NCBI GenBank assembly: GCA_964350285.1
Contig: CAYGJQ010000015.1
Span: forward strand, 1-28,291
Direction of reading: 5' to 3'
Length of the DNA stretch: 28,291 nucleotides
From: an uncultured Candidatus Peribacteria bacterium
GTDB taxonomy: Bacteria; Patescibacteriota; Gracilibacteria; UBA1369; CAYGJQ01
Of this stretch, positions 1 through 6,756 are shown piece by piece. The notes beneath the pieces were generated by a model, which was not told where the DNA came from, made no database searches, and was given only the letters and a program-made list of their open reading frames with translations. The stretch's first letter is position 1; every line of letters begins with the position of its first letter. The translations under genes and the position numbers were made by a program.

Positions 1-2
1 TG

Positions 3-407
3 ATTTTCGATCCCATCAGCCACGTCATCGCCAATATCCATTCCGGTTGGCGCGGGTCACTGGCAAATATTGCCGGCAAAACTGTTGCTACTATGGAAAG
101 AGAATTCGGCACCAATCCCGAGCATTGTATCGTCGGCGTTGGACCAAGTCTTGGGCCCTGTTGCGCAGCTTATCCGAATGAAGAAAGCCAATTCAAAGGC
201 GCCCTCAAAAAATTCTATCTCCCAAACAAACACGCTGATTTCTGGGAAATGACAAAGCACCAGCTCATAAAAGCTGGAGTGAAAGCAAAGAATATCGAAG
301 TAGCCACAGTCTGCACCGCCTGTCACACCGAGGAGTTTTTTTCCTATCGCGCCGCCAAATCCCAGCCAACCGGGCGTTTCGGCGTGGTGATCGGATTGAT
401 TGACTAA
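3..407 (+). CDS. pgeF: Purine nucleoside phosphorylase / polyphenol oxidase-like PgeF (YfiH/YlmD, DUF152), 5'-truncated by the window edge
   Basis: Frame is open from position 3 (IFDPISHVIANIHSGWRGS...). It contains the family motifs HxGWRG, VGVGPSLGPCC and CTAC...FFSYR...GR. Confidence 0.92.
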   Translation: MFDPISHVIANIHSGWRGSLANIAGKTVATMEREFGTNPEHCIVGVGPSLGPCCAAYPNEESQFKGALKKFYLPNKHADFWEMTKHQLIKAGVKAKNIEVATVCTACHTEEFFSYRAAKSQPTGRFGVVIGLID

Positions 408-408
408 C

Positions 409-436
409 TTGACTTTGCCTCTATTTCAAATACGAT
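409..436 (+). promoter_or_regulatory. sigma70 promoter of the orphan gene 545-1057
   Basis: TTGACT (409-414), 16-nt spacer, TACGAT (431-436). Confidence 0.65.
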
Positions 437-486
437 GAAGATCGCTCTGAATGGAGTGGTATCATTAACGATCAAGTCTAATCGTA

Positions 487-517
487 CCCGCTTTCAGAGA
501 TGTTCTTTGAAGGCGGG
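487..517 (+). promoter_or_regulatory. 14-bp leader hairpin whose 3' arm can alternatively pair with 1065-1075
   Basis: CCCGCTTTCAGAGA-TGT-TCTTTGAAGGCGGG is fully paired on the + strand using two G.U pairs. Confidence 0.75.
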
Positions 518-544
518 AAATTTCCCATGAGGAGGTAAAGCACC

Positions 545-1057
545 ATGGGATGGTTAAGTAATTTTTTCGGTTGGGGAAAGAAGGAAACAGAGGAGGAACC
601 CAATGTCCAAGAACGGGCAAAAAGGGGACAGCAACCCACTCGTGAGGCGATAGCACAAGCAGCTGAACCGGCGCGGCCAGTATCGAGAGTAGAAGAAACT
701 CTCGATCAAATACCAATGGATCAGCTTTCTGAAGTGAGCTCAGCCGCAGTGGACCTACCTATGCTCGACGATGCAAAGTTCGCTGCCATCGACGGGATTT
801 TCGAGGCTGAGGAGATTCCCCCGGAAGACCTAGAGGCCAGAAGGGCTGCGGCTGAAGAGCATCACCGGCAACGAGTAGGCAAAGACCAGATGGTCGCCGC
901 CCTCAAAGCCAAACAAGGCGGCGCCCTCAGCACAGTGCAAAAAGCCAGGCTCAAGCTTGGCATGCCACTTACCCCCCCCAAGTTCCAATACGACCCGGAT
1001 CAAGAGATCCCCGTATTCATTCGTTCCGACAGCAAATCCTCCAAAAAGGCAAAATAA
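545..1057 (+). CDS. Orphan 170-aa protein with an N-terminal amphipathic helix and a C-terminal FtsZ-tail-like peptide
   Basis: Open ORF with SD AGGAGGT 8 nt before ATG and its own promoter. N-terminus is MGWLSNFFGW; C-terminus is DQEIPVFIRSDSKSSKKAK. Confidence 0.8.
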   Translation: MGWLSNFFGWGKKETEEEPNVQERAKRGQQPTREAIAQAAEPARPVSRVEETLDQIPMDQLSEVSSAAVDLPMLDDAKFAAIDGIFEAEEIPPEDLEARRAAAEEHHRQRVGKDQMVAALKAKQGGALSTVQKARLKLGMPLTPPKFQYDPDQEIPVFIRSDSKSSKKAK

Positions 1058-1060
1058 AAA

Positions 1061-1075
1061 CTCACCCGCCTTCAA
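1061..1075. repeat. 3' arm of the inverted repeat flanking 545-1057 (partner 507-517 and 528-531)
   Basis: CCCGCCTTCAA (1065-1075) is the exact reverse complement of TTGAAGGCGGG (507-517). CTCA (1061-1064) complements TGAG (528-531). Confidence 0.7.
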
Positions 1076-1085
1076 TCCCCCCCCA

Positions 1086-1094
1086 TGTTATAAT
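1086..1094 (+). promoter_or_regulatory. Extended -10 promoter of proC
   Basis: TG-T-TATAAT ending 23 nt upstream of the ATG. Confidence 0.65.
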
Positions 1095-1117
1095 CAGGCC
1101 ACTTTTAAATCCGCAAT

Positions 1118-1900
1118 ATGAATCTCACCATCATCGGCGGCGGCAACATGGGATCCGCCATCGCTCGCAGCCTCATCAAAAATTCCGACATCAATCTCAC
1201 TATCTCGGACCCGACAGTAGATAAACTAGCTGAATTCCAAACCCAAGGCGCCACCGTCACCAGCAACAACCAAGCAGCCACCTCCAGCGCCGACGCCATC
1301 ATCATCGCCATCAAGCCACAATACATCGACAGCCTTTTCGCCGAACTAAAAGACCAAATCCCCACCAACGCCCTGATCATTTCTATCGCCGCTGGCGTCA
1401 CCATCGAACGTTTCCAAACCGGTTTCAACCATCAACAAATCGTCCGCGTAATGCCCAACACTCCAGCTCAAATCAACCAAGGCGTATCTGGTTGGTTCGC
1501 CTCAGCCGAAGTTACTGAAGCCCAAAAAGCCCAGGTGAAAACCATCCTCCAATCTTTCGGCCAAGAAGTCGAAGTCGAAAATGAATCCCTAATCGACGCT
1601 GTAACTGCTGTATCTGGTTCTGGCCCAGCATACTTCTTCTATTTCCTCGAACACATCATCAAAGGCGGAGTCGCCTGCGGTCTCACCGAGTCCCAAGCCA
1701 AAGACCTCGCCATCCAAACCGCCATCGGCGCTGCTCACCTTGCTGAACAATCCGAAGACGATCTCGCTACTCTCCGCCAAAAAGTCACCTCCAAAGGCGG
1801 CACCACTGAAGCTGCCATCAATTCCATGGTGGAAAGCAATGTCGGCGAATCAATCTCCACCGCCATCCAAAAAGCCAACCAACGCGCCAAGGAATTATAA
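1118..1900 (+). CDS. proC: Pyrroline-5-carboxylate reductase
   Basis: IIGGGNMGSAI Rossmann motif, IIIAIKPQ, ISIAAGV, VRVMPNTP, TAVSGSGPAY and VTSKGGTT. Confidence 0.98.
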   Translation: MNLTIIGGGNMGSAIARSLIKNSDINLTISDPTVDKLAEFQTQGATVTSNNQAATSSADAIIIAIKPQYIDSLFAELKDQIPTNALIISIAAGVTIERFQTGFNHQQIVRVMPNTPAQINQGVSGWFASAEVTEAQKAQVKTILQSFGQEVEVENESLIDAVTAVSGSGPAYFFYFLEHIIKGGVACGLTESQAKDLAIQTAIGAAHLAEQSEDDLATLRQKVTSKGGTTEAAINSMVESNVGESISTAIQKANQRAKEL

Positions 1901-1910
1901 AAATTTTCAT

Positions 1911-1952
1911 ACGAAAGAGCCTGGTCTCTGGGGGTTACAAACTCTTCCAGAA
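1911..1952. repeat. 3'-trailer arm of the inverted repeat flanking 1969-3159 (partner 3194-3237)
   Basis: AGCCTGGT-CTCTGGGGgttACAAACT (1918-1943, +) aligns with AGCCTGGTTCTCTGGGG-aaACAAACT (3231-3206, -). Short extensions continue on both sides. Confidence 0.85.
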
Positions 1953-1978
1953 TGTGTCCGAGGACACATCATTTCTTT
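1952..1978 (+). terminator. Possible intrinsic terminator of proC
   Basis: ATGTGTC-CGAG-GACACAT stem followed by CATTTCTTT, which is a weak U tract. Confidence 0.45.
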
Positions 1979-3159
1979 CGTCGGCCACAGATCAGACAGA
2001 AGGCCTTTCCACTACTCGAGTACTCCATGTCCTGCGGCCGCTCTTTACATTGAGCCGGCTGGTGGAACTTCTCGTAGTCCGGGATCTCCTGCTTTTCCAC
2101 GGGAGGCACGAAGGCCTCGGTCTCGATGGTGTCGGGGTGCTGCTGCGGCTTTTCGGCTTGGCAGTTGCTGCAGACACACCACGCTCCCGATTTGCAGGCG
2201 TTGCAGGTGCAGGTTGTGGGGTGGGTTTTGAGACATCCCATCACGTGGCGGATCGGCACTTCAACATCGGCGGACTGGACGGGGGGCAAGACACTCTCCA
2301 TCCTCTGGCCATCGTTACCGGAGAAGAAGGGCTGGCTTTCCGCCGAAGCGGACGGGCTGCTCTCGACGTGGGCATTGCCGCCGTGGATCGAGATATTGGG
2401 AGCGACTGTGATCTCGAAGACCTTGCCTTGGAAGCTGTCCCTGTTTGCGGAGAGTTGCTCGAGAAAGGCTCCGAGTTTTTCCAGCGCCCCGGGCGTCCAT
2501 TTGGTGCCTTGGGAGCACTCGCAGTCTTGGGCCGGTGCCGCCAACTCTTTGCCTTGGTTGAGACCGTCTTTGAATCCGGCCAGTTCACCCTCAGCGCGAG
2601 CTGCCCGAACTTCACCTTGGAGGCGAGCGGTTTTGACTTCGGCTTGGTGGCGCTTCTCCCGTTCTTCTCCCTCTCTGATTTGAGCGACTTCGGCGTTGGC
2701 CTGGAGTTCTTCCTGGCGCAGCTTCAGTCGTCGAGACTTCAGCCACTTGCGGAAGGTCAAGAACGCTGCGATCAAACCCAGGAACAATGAGGCCCACCAT
2801 TTTTTATCAGCGAGCCAGTTGTTCCAGAACGAACGCATCGGTCGGATGACCGCTGTCAACGAAGCCATGAAGGTTCGCTTCGGTTCGGTGGCGGGTTGTC
2901 GCTTGAGACGCAGTCCATCGATCTTCGATCCCCAGATTCGCCCCACCACCATCACGGTGTAGGTTTGCCGCTCGATACGGGTGATCTGGATCCGGCGAGG
3001 AGCCACGGTCAGGCGCGTCGGCGCAACGGTGTACTGGGAGGAACGGTGGTGCGTACCACACCGGAGCGGGGACTGACTATCCCCAGCCTGAGCGCTGTTC
3101 GCACCCAGGGAAAAAGAGAGTAACAACAGGGCGATTGGGAAAAGTCGTGAAAATTTCAC
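1969..3159 (-). CDS. Orphan 396-aa membrane protein: signal peptide, one TM helix, coiled coil and Cys-rich C-terminus
   Basis: GTG start with AAGGAG 7 nt upstream. Signal MKFSRLFPIALLLLSFSLGANSAQA, TM WWASLFLGLIAAFLTF, and Cys clusters CTCNAC, CVCSNC and CLIC. Confidence 0.8.
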   Translation of the reverse strand: MKFSRLFPIALLLLSFSLGANSAQAGDSQSPLRCGTHHRSSQYTVAPTRLTVAPRRIQITRIERQTYTVMVVGRIWGSKIDGLRLKRQPATEPKRTFMASLTAVIRPMRSFWNNWLADKKWWASLFLGLIAAFLTFRKWLKSRRLKLRQEELQANAEVAQIREGEEREKRHQAEVKTARLQGEVRAARAEGELAGFKDGLNQGKELAAPAQDCECSQGTKWTPGALEKLGAFLEQLSANRDSFQGKVFEITVAPNISIHGGNAHVESSPSASAESQPFFSGNDGQRMESVLPPVQSADVEVPIRHVMGCLKTHPTTCTCNACKSGAWCVCSNCQAEKPQQHPDTIETEAFVPPVEKQEIPDYEKFHQPAQCKERPQDMEYSSSGKAFCLICGRRKK

Positions 3160-3193
3160 TGTAGACTCCTTTTCAGTTCATTTCTTTGTGTGT

Positions 3194-3237
3194 TTCGGAA
3201 TATTTAGTTTGTTTCCCCAGAGAACCAGGCTGTCCGC
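3194..3237. repeat. 5'-leader arm of the inverted repeat flanking 1969-3159
   Basis: Complementary on the - strand transcript to 1911-1952, with one bulged U and an A-rich internal loop. Confidence 0.85.
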
Positions 3238-3254
3238 CCGGAACAGGCCACTGT

Positions 3255-3295
3255 GAGCCTTTTGAAGCAACAAATTTCATTGCCTCAAAAGGCTC
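3255..3295 (-). promoter_or_regulatory. 16-bp leader hairpin
   Basis: On the - strand GAGCCTTTTGAGGCAA-9 nt-TTGCTTCAAAAGGCTC is fully paired with one G.U. The same position is a mismatch on the + strand. Confidence 0.8.
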
Positions 3296-3396
3296 CAGTA
3301 AAACCATCACGTCCCAAGCGAACTACTAGTTTTCTGGAAAATTCTTGATGTAAAAGATCACCTCCGATTTCAGATTCTTCATTTCTAGAGGCGGGA

Positions 3397-3424
3397 ATTA
3401 TAAAAAATAACAAAAAAATGTCAA
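3397..3424 (-). promoter_or_regulatory. Consensus sigma70 promoter of 1969-3159, giving a ~230-nt leader
   Basis: TTGACA (3424-3419), 16-nt spacer, TATAAT (3402-3397). Confidence 0.85.
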
Positions 3425-3643
3425 GTCCAGCTTTTTACCATCTGAAACAGTTGAAAAATCGGGGCTCTCAGCTTAAAAAATTACCTCACATCACCAATTC
3501 AAAATCGTCAAACGAAACCACTCTCGAATAATCAATAAAACCCATCTTCCGGACACCAACACCAAAATCCACCTACCCAAAACCTGATTACCCAGAGTTG
3601 CACCACATTTCCAAAATCCCGGGCAGCCAGAAAAAGACTCTTC

Positions 3644-3689
3644 GCATCTTGCCGAGTATAATAGTTCGGTCAACCTGCGTTCTCTGGGA
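3644..3689. repeat. 3'-trailer arm of the inverted repeat flanking 3863-4300 (partner 4324-4367)
   Basis: ACCT-GCGTTCTCTGGGA (3673-3689, +) aligns with ACCTCGCGTTCTCTGGGA (4341-4324, -). The match extends through CTTGC...GAGT, partly via G.U-compatible substitutions. Confidence 0.85.
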
Positions 3690-3840
3690 TTTTTGAACAG
3701 ACGGACAGCCTCCATATAGGCCATCCAGGTTTGACTCTAACAACGATTCCACCCCACGGTTGCAGCCGAGAGGGTAGGAATGATTTTCCTCGGAGATGAG
3801 TTGGTATTGCAGTACTAGCTCATCTCCACTCCTTTCAGTT
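3669..3840 (+). ncRNA. Putative antisense RNA convergent on the 3' trailer of 3863-4300
   Basis: TATAAT at 3657-3662 with a weak -35. A 15-bp hairpin at 3792-3827 is fully paired only on the + strand (two G.U). There is no credible ORF. Confidence 0.35.
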
Positions 3841-3862
3841 TCAGTTAACGCCAATCACACTG

Positions 3863-4300
3863 CTATGCAGCGATTTTGACGGGCGCGTTGATCACGTGGA
3901 CATTGGCGGGGAGCCCGTAGGTCTGGCGCAGCCGCGCGACCATCTCACCTTGGGTCATGCGAGGTGCCGGAGGCACCACCGAGAGCCGGGGGCGACGGGG
4001 GTGGGGGGCCAATGCAGGGGAGGTGGGGAACGGCGATTGCTCCACTACCTCCAGTGGCCACAACGGGGGCAGTGGGGAGTTTTCCAACTGGTGCACCACA
4101 CAGCCAAGGCCCTTGACGGGCACATTGAGTTGCGCCGATGCCTTCAGGCGACAGTGAAATCCTTTGACGCTGACTCCTTTGATGCGGCCCTTACAGACCT
4201 GTTGTGCCATCCATACCAACCCCTTCGCCTCACTTTCAGACAGATTTTGCTTCTTCTGGAGCACCACGATTGCGCTCATCATCTTGATCAAATTCTTCAT
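3863..4300 (-). CDS. Orphan 145-aa basic protein with a Pro-rich segment
   Basis: ATG with GAGGT 7 nt upstream, its own promoter and a ~200-nt structured leader. No recognisable domain. Confidence 0.7.
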   Translation of the reverse strand: MKNLIKMMSAIVVLQKKQNLSESEAKGLVWMAQQVCKGRIKGVSVKGFHCRLKASAQLNVPVKGLGCVVHQLENSPLPPLWPLEVVEQSPFPTSPALAPHPRRPRLSVVPPAPRMTQGEMVARLRQTYGLPANVHVINAPVKIAA

Positions 4301-4323
4301 TTCAGTAACCTCATAACGTTTTT

Positions 4324-4367
4324 TCCCAGAGAACGCGAGGTGTCCTAGTCACTCAGCAGCAAGCCGC
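4324..4367. repeat. 5'-leader arm of the inverted repeat flanking 3863-4300
   Basis: Complementary on the - strand transcript to 3644-3689. Confidence 0.85.
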
Positions 4368-4371
4368 TTAA

Positions 4372-4413
4372 TGACTCCAGATCTATTAGCCACAGCTAAT
4401 CTCTCCAGAGTCA
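4372..4413 (-). promoter_or_regulatory. Leader hairpin
   Basis: On the - strand TGACTCTGGA/TCTGGAGTCA forms 10 bp with two G.U, capped by ATTAGC-TGTG-GCTAAT. Confidence 0.75.
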
Positions 4414-4499
4414 CCAAGGGCTCACCGACCACAAGCAACCAGGACCCTCACTTTCTCGTAATTTCTGTAAATCAAAGAACATTTTTGCTAGCGCGCCAC

Positions 4500-4527
4500 A
4501 GAATACACAAAAAGTCAAATTTGTCAA
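4500..4527 (-). promoter_or_regulatory. sigma70 promoter of 3863-4300
   Basis: TTGACA (4527-4522), 16-nt spacer, TATTCT (4505-4500). Confidence 0.7.
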
Positions 4528-4719
4528 CCCTTCGCATCCTGTTTCACCGCTTTTCAATTGCCGATCCAACAAAAATCTGGCCAAACAAAATTCTATATTT
4601 CCTGACAAAAGCCTGTCATTTAGCCGCAAAAACACCACAATAGTTGGCATTATCAAAATCTGATTTCTCCGGGGAGTGTCATCAGATTTTCTTTTTCCTC
4701 TGTTTTTGCTTAATAGAAA

Positions 4720-6687
4720 TTAACCTCTCCTCCCAAACATTTTTTCCAGGTCGCCAAAGGTCAAAGGCAGCATTGTTGGCCGACCATGTGGGCAGGTCAC
4801 AATTCCTTCAGTCTTATCCATTTCTTTGATCAGCCCCACCATTTCTTCATGGGTTAACGGATCCCCAAATTTAATCGCCGTCCGACAGGCCATATATTCT
4901 AATATCTTTATCTTCCTTTCTTCCGCAGTTTTCGGTTTTCGTTCATTCGTAAGATCATCCAGAATCCCCATGATCAGTTTCTCCACATTCACCTTGCGCG
5001 CATCTGCTGGAATCGCCCCCAAAGCAAAGGTATTGCCTCCAAACGCTTCAATCTCAAACCCTAACTTCTGAAACACCTCAATATTCTCCTCCAATACCGA
5101 AATTTCCTGATGCGATAATTCAATATTTAACGGCATCAACATCGGCTGCGAAGCCAAGGGCCTTTTCTCCCAGGCCTCCTCGAATTTCGCAAACAACACT
5201 CGTTCATGTGCCGCATGCTGATCAATCAACACCAGTCCATCGGCATTCTGCGCCACAATATACGAATTCGCCACCTGCACAATCGGCTTCATACTTAAAT
5301 TATCCTCAAGGCGGGCATGTGGACGTCCAATGCTTTGATCTGCTTGAATATTTTGACTAACATCAATTGTCGACGGATTCGGGGCAACAGCATTGCTTGC
5401 GGGTGAAGGGGGCTGCCTTTCGACTTGTCCCTCGAAGCCTTGGTGAAGTGGTGTCGACGAAATCTGGGCGACAGCATTAGTCTTCTCGCCACTAGGATGG
5501 AATGTCGACCGATTCCGGTCAACAGCACCTCCATTCGCCTCACCGATTACCCCAGTCACCGGATCAACATCTCCCATCAATGATCTTTTCGTCGGGCCAA
5601 AGTCATGAGTACTTAAAGTCATCGCTTCTTGCTCCCCCGTTACTCCCTGCGGCAAAATTTCATCTTCACTCATTCCCTTCGCAATCTGCGGTCGCAGCAA
5701 ATTCGTATCCAGCGCCGCTAAGCAAGCCCGTCTCACCACTCGATTTACTTCCCTTTGATCCACAAATCTCACCTCAGTTTTCCGCGGATGCACATTCACA
5801 TCCACCAGTTCCGGTGAAATTTCCAAACAAATCACAAAAAATGGCTGCTTCCCATCCATCAACAAAGATCCAAAAGCATCTTTCACCATATAAGACATCG
5901 CCGAATTCTGCACCGGCCGTCCATTTACAAATAAATACTGTCCTTTTCTACTTTTTCGGGAAATCCGCGGATGTCCCACAAAGCCTTCAAGTTGAATATC
6001 TGCCCCGCCAAAAAACACCGGAATCAAAGCCTCTCCCACCGATCTCCCCAACAAAGCCTGAATCCGCTCCGATAATTCTGCAGTCGCTGGCACATCAAAG
6101 ATCTGTCGACCATCTTTGATCAACGAAAAGCTCACCCCCGGATTCACCAATGCCAATTGTGTCACAATCGCTAAAATTTGCTGATATTCCGTTGCCGTCG
6201 TTTTTAGATATTTCTTCCGCGCCGGCGTATTAAAGAATAAGTTTTTCACTTCCACCTGCGTCCCTTCTGGACAGCCCACCACCTCAAATTTCTTGATCTC
6301 ACCGCCATCACACACCAATTCATATCCTTCCACTTCTCCCCGTCTTTTCGTCTTCAAGCAAAACTGTGAAACCGAAGCAATACTTGCTAACGCTTCCCCA
6401 CGAAACCCCCGCGTCCGAATTCGATGTAAATCTTCTTCTACTTCAATTTTACTCGTCGCATGTCTTTCTAAAGCCAATTCTGCATCTTCTTTATCCATTC
6501 CATTTCCATCATCAGTCACCCGAATCAACTCCGTTCCCCCGACTGCAATTTCTAATACAATTCTTTTCGCGTCAGCATCCAGCGAATTTTCTAAAAGCTC
6601 TTTTGCAACCGAAGCTGGTCTTTCCACCACTTCACCGGCGGCAATTTGATTCCGTAGCTGTTCCGAAAGAATCCGAATATCTCCCAT
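4720..6687 (-). CDS. mutL: DNA mismatch repair endonuclease MutL
   Basis: NQIAAGEVVERPASVAKELLENSLDA, ATSKI, GFRGEALASI, DVNVHPRKTEVRF, DQHAAHER, ACRTAIK and CPHGRP. Confidence 0.99.
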   Translation of the reverse strand: MGDIRILSEQLRNQIAAGEVVERPASVAKELLENSLDADAKRIVLEIAVGGTELIRVTDDGNGMDKEDAELALERHATSKIEVEEDLHRIRTRGFRGEALASIASVSQFCLKTKRRGEVEGYELVCDGGEIKKFEVVGCPEGTQVEVKNLFFNTPARKKYLKTTATEYQQILAIVTQLALVNPGVSFSLIKDGRQIFDVPATAELSERIQALLGRSVGEALIPVFFGGADIQLEGFVGHPRISRKSRKGQYLFVNGRPVQNSAMSYMVKDAFGSLLMDGKQPFFVICLEISPELVDVNVHPRKTEVRFVDQREVNRVVRRACLAALDTNLLRPQIAKGMSEDEILPQGVTGEQEAMTLSTHDFGPTKRSLMGDVDPVTGVIGEANGGAVDRNRSTFHPSGEKTNAVAQISSTPLHQGFEGQVERQPPSPASNAVAPNPSTIDVSQNIQADQSIGRPHARLEDNLSMKPIVQVANSYIVAQNADGLVLIDQHAAHERVLFAKFEEAWEKRPLASQPMLMPLNIELSHQEISVLEENIEVFQKLGFEIEAFGGNTFALGAIPADARKVNVEKLIMGILDDLTNERKPKTAEERKIKILEYMACRTAIKFGDPLTHEEMVGLIKEMDKTEGIVTCPHGRPTMLPLTFGDLEKMFGRRG

Positions 6688-6756
6688 AGCAAAAATTGTC
6701 GACTAATATTCATCAACAACTTAACGGTCGAGTCCCAATTCCACAATCAATAAAGA

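Noticed and set aside
1954-2790. 278-aa + strand ORF and other overlapping ORFs across 1740-3123
   Set aside because: Antisense shadows of the GC-rich 1969-3159 gene, which has the promoter, SD and signal peptide. The shadows have no motifs.
1969-3187. 10-bp direct repeat TCATTTCTTT at 1969-1978 and 3178-3187 as a possible target-site duplication
   Set aside because: AT-rich, one copy is the coding end of the gene, and the other cassettes show no equivalent. It is plausible by chance.
3491-3854. ORFs 3491-3724 and 3588-3854 on -
   Set aside because: Weak starts without an SD, and they run through hairpins and the panhandle arm. The GDELVLQY string on both strands is simply a result of the 3792-3827 palindrome.
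3160-4500. Known riboswitch, 6S RNA, tRNA or CRISPR explanation for the structured leaders
   Set aside because: I could not match c-di-GMP, c-di-AMP, SAM, fluoride or tRNA consensus features, and there are no regularly spaced repeats. An Rfam search is still needed.
5502-6119. 205-aa + strand ORF inside mutL (also 25276-25986 inside miaB)
   Set aside because: Ser/Pro/His-rich shadow frames produced by the C-rich + strand opposite well-supported genes.
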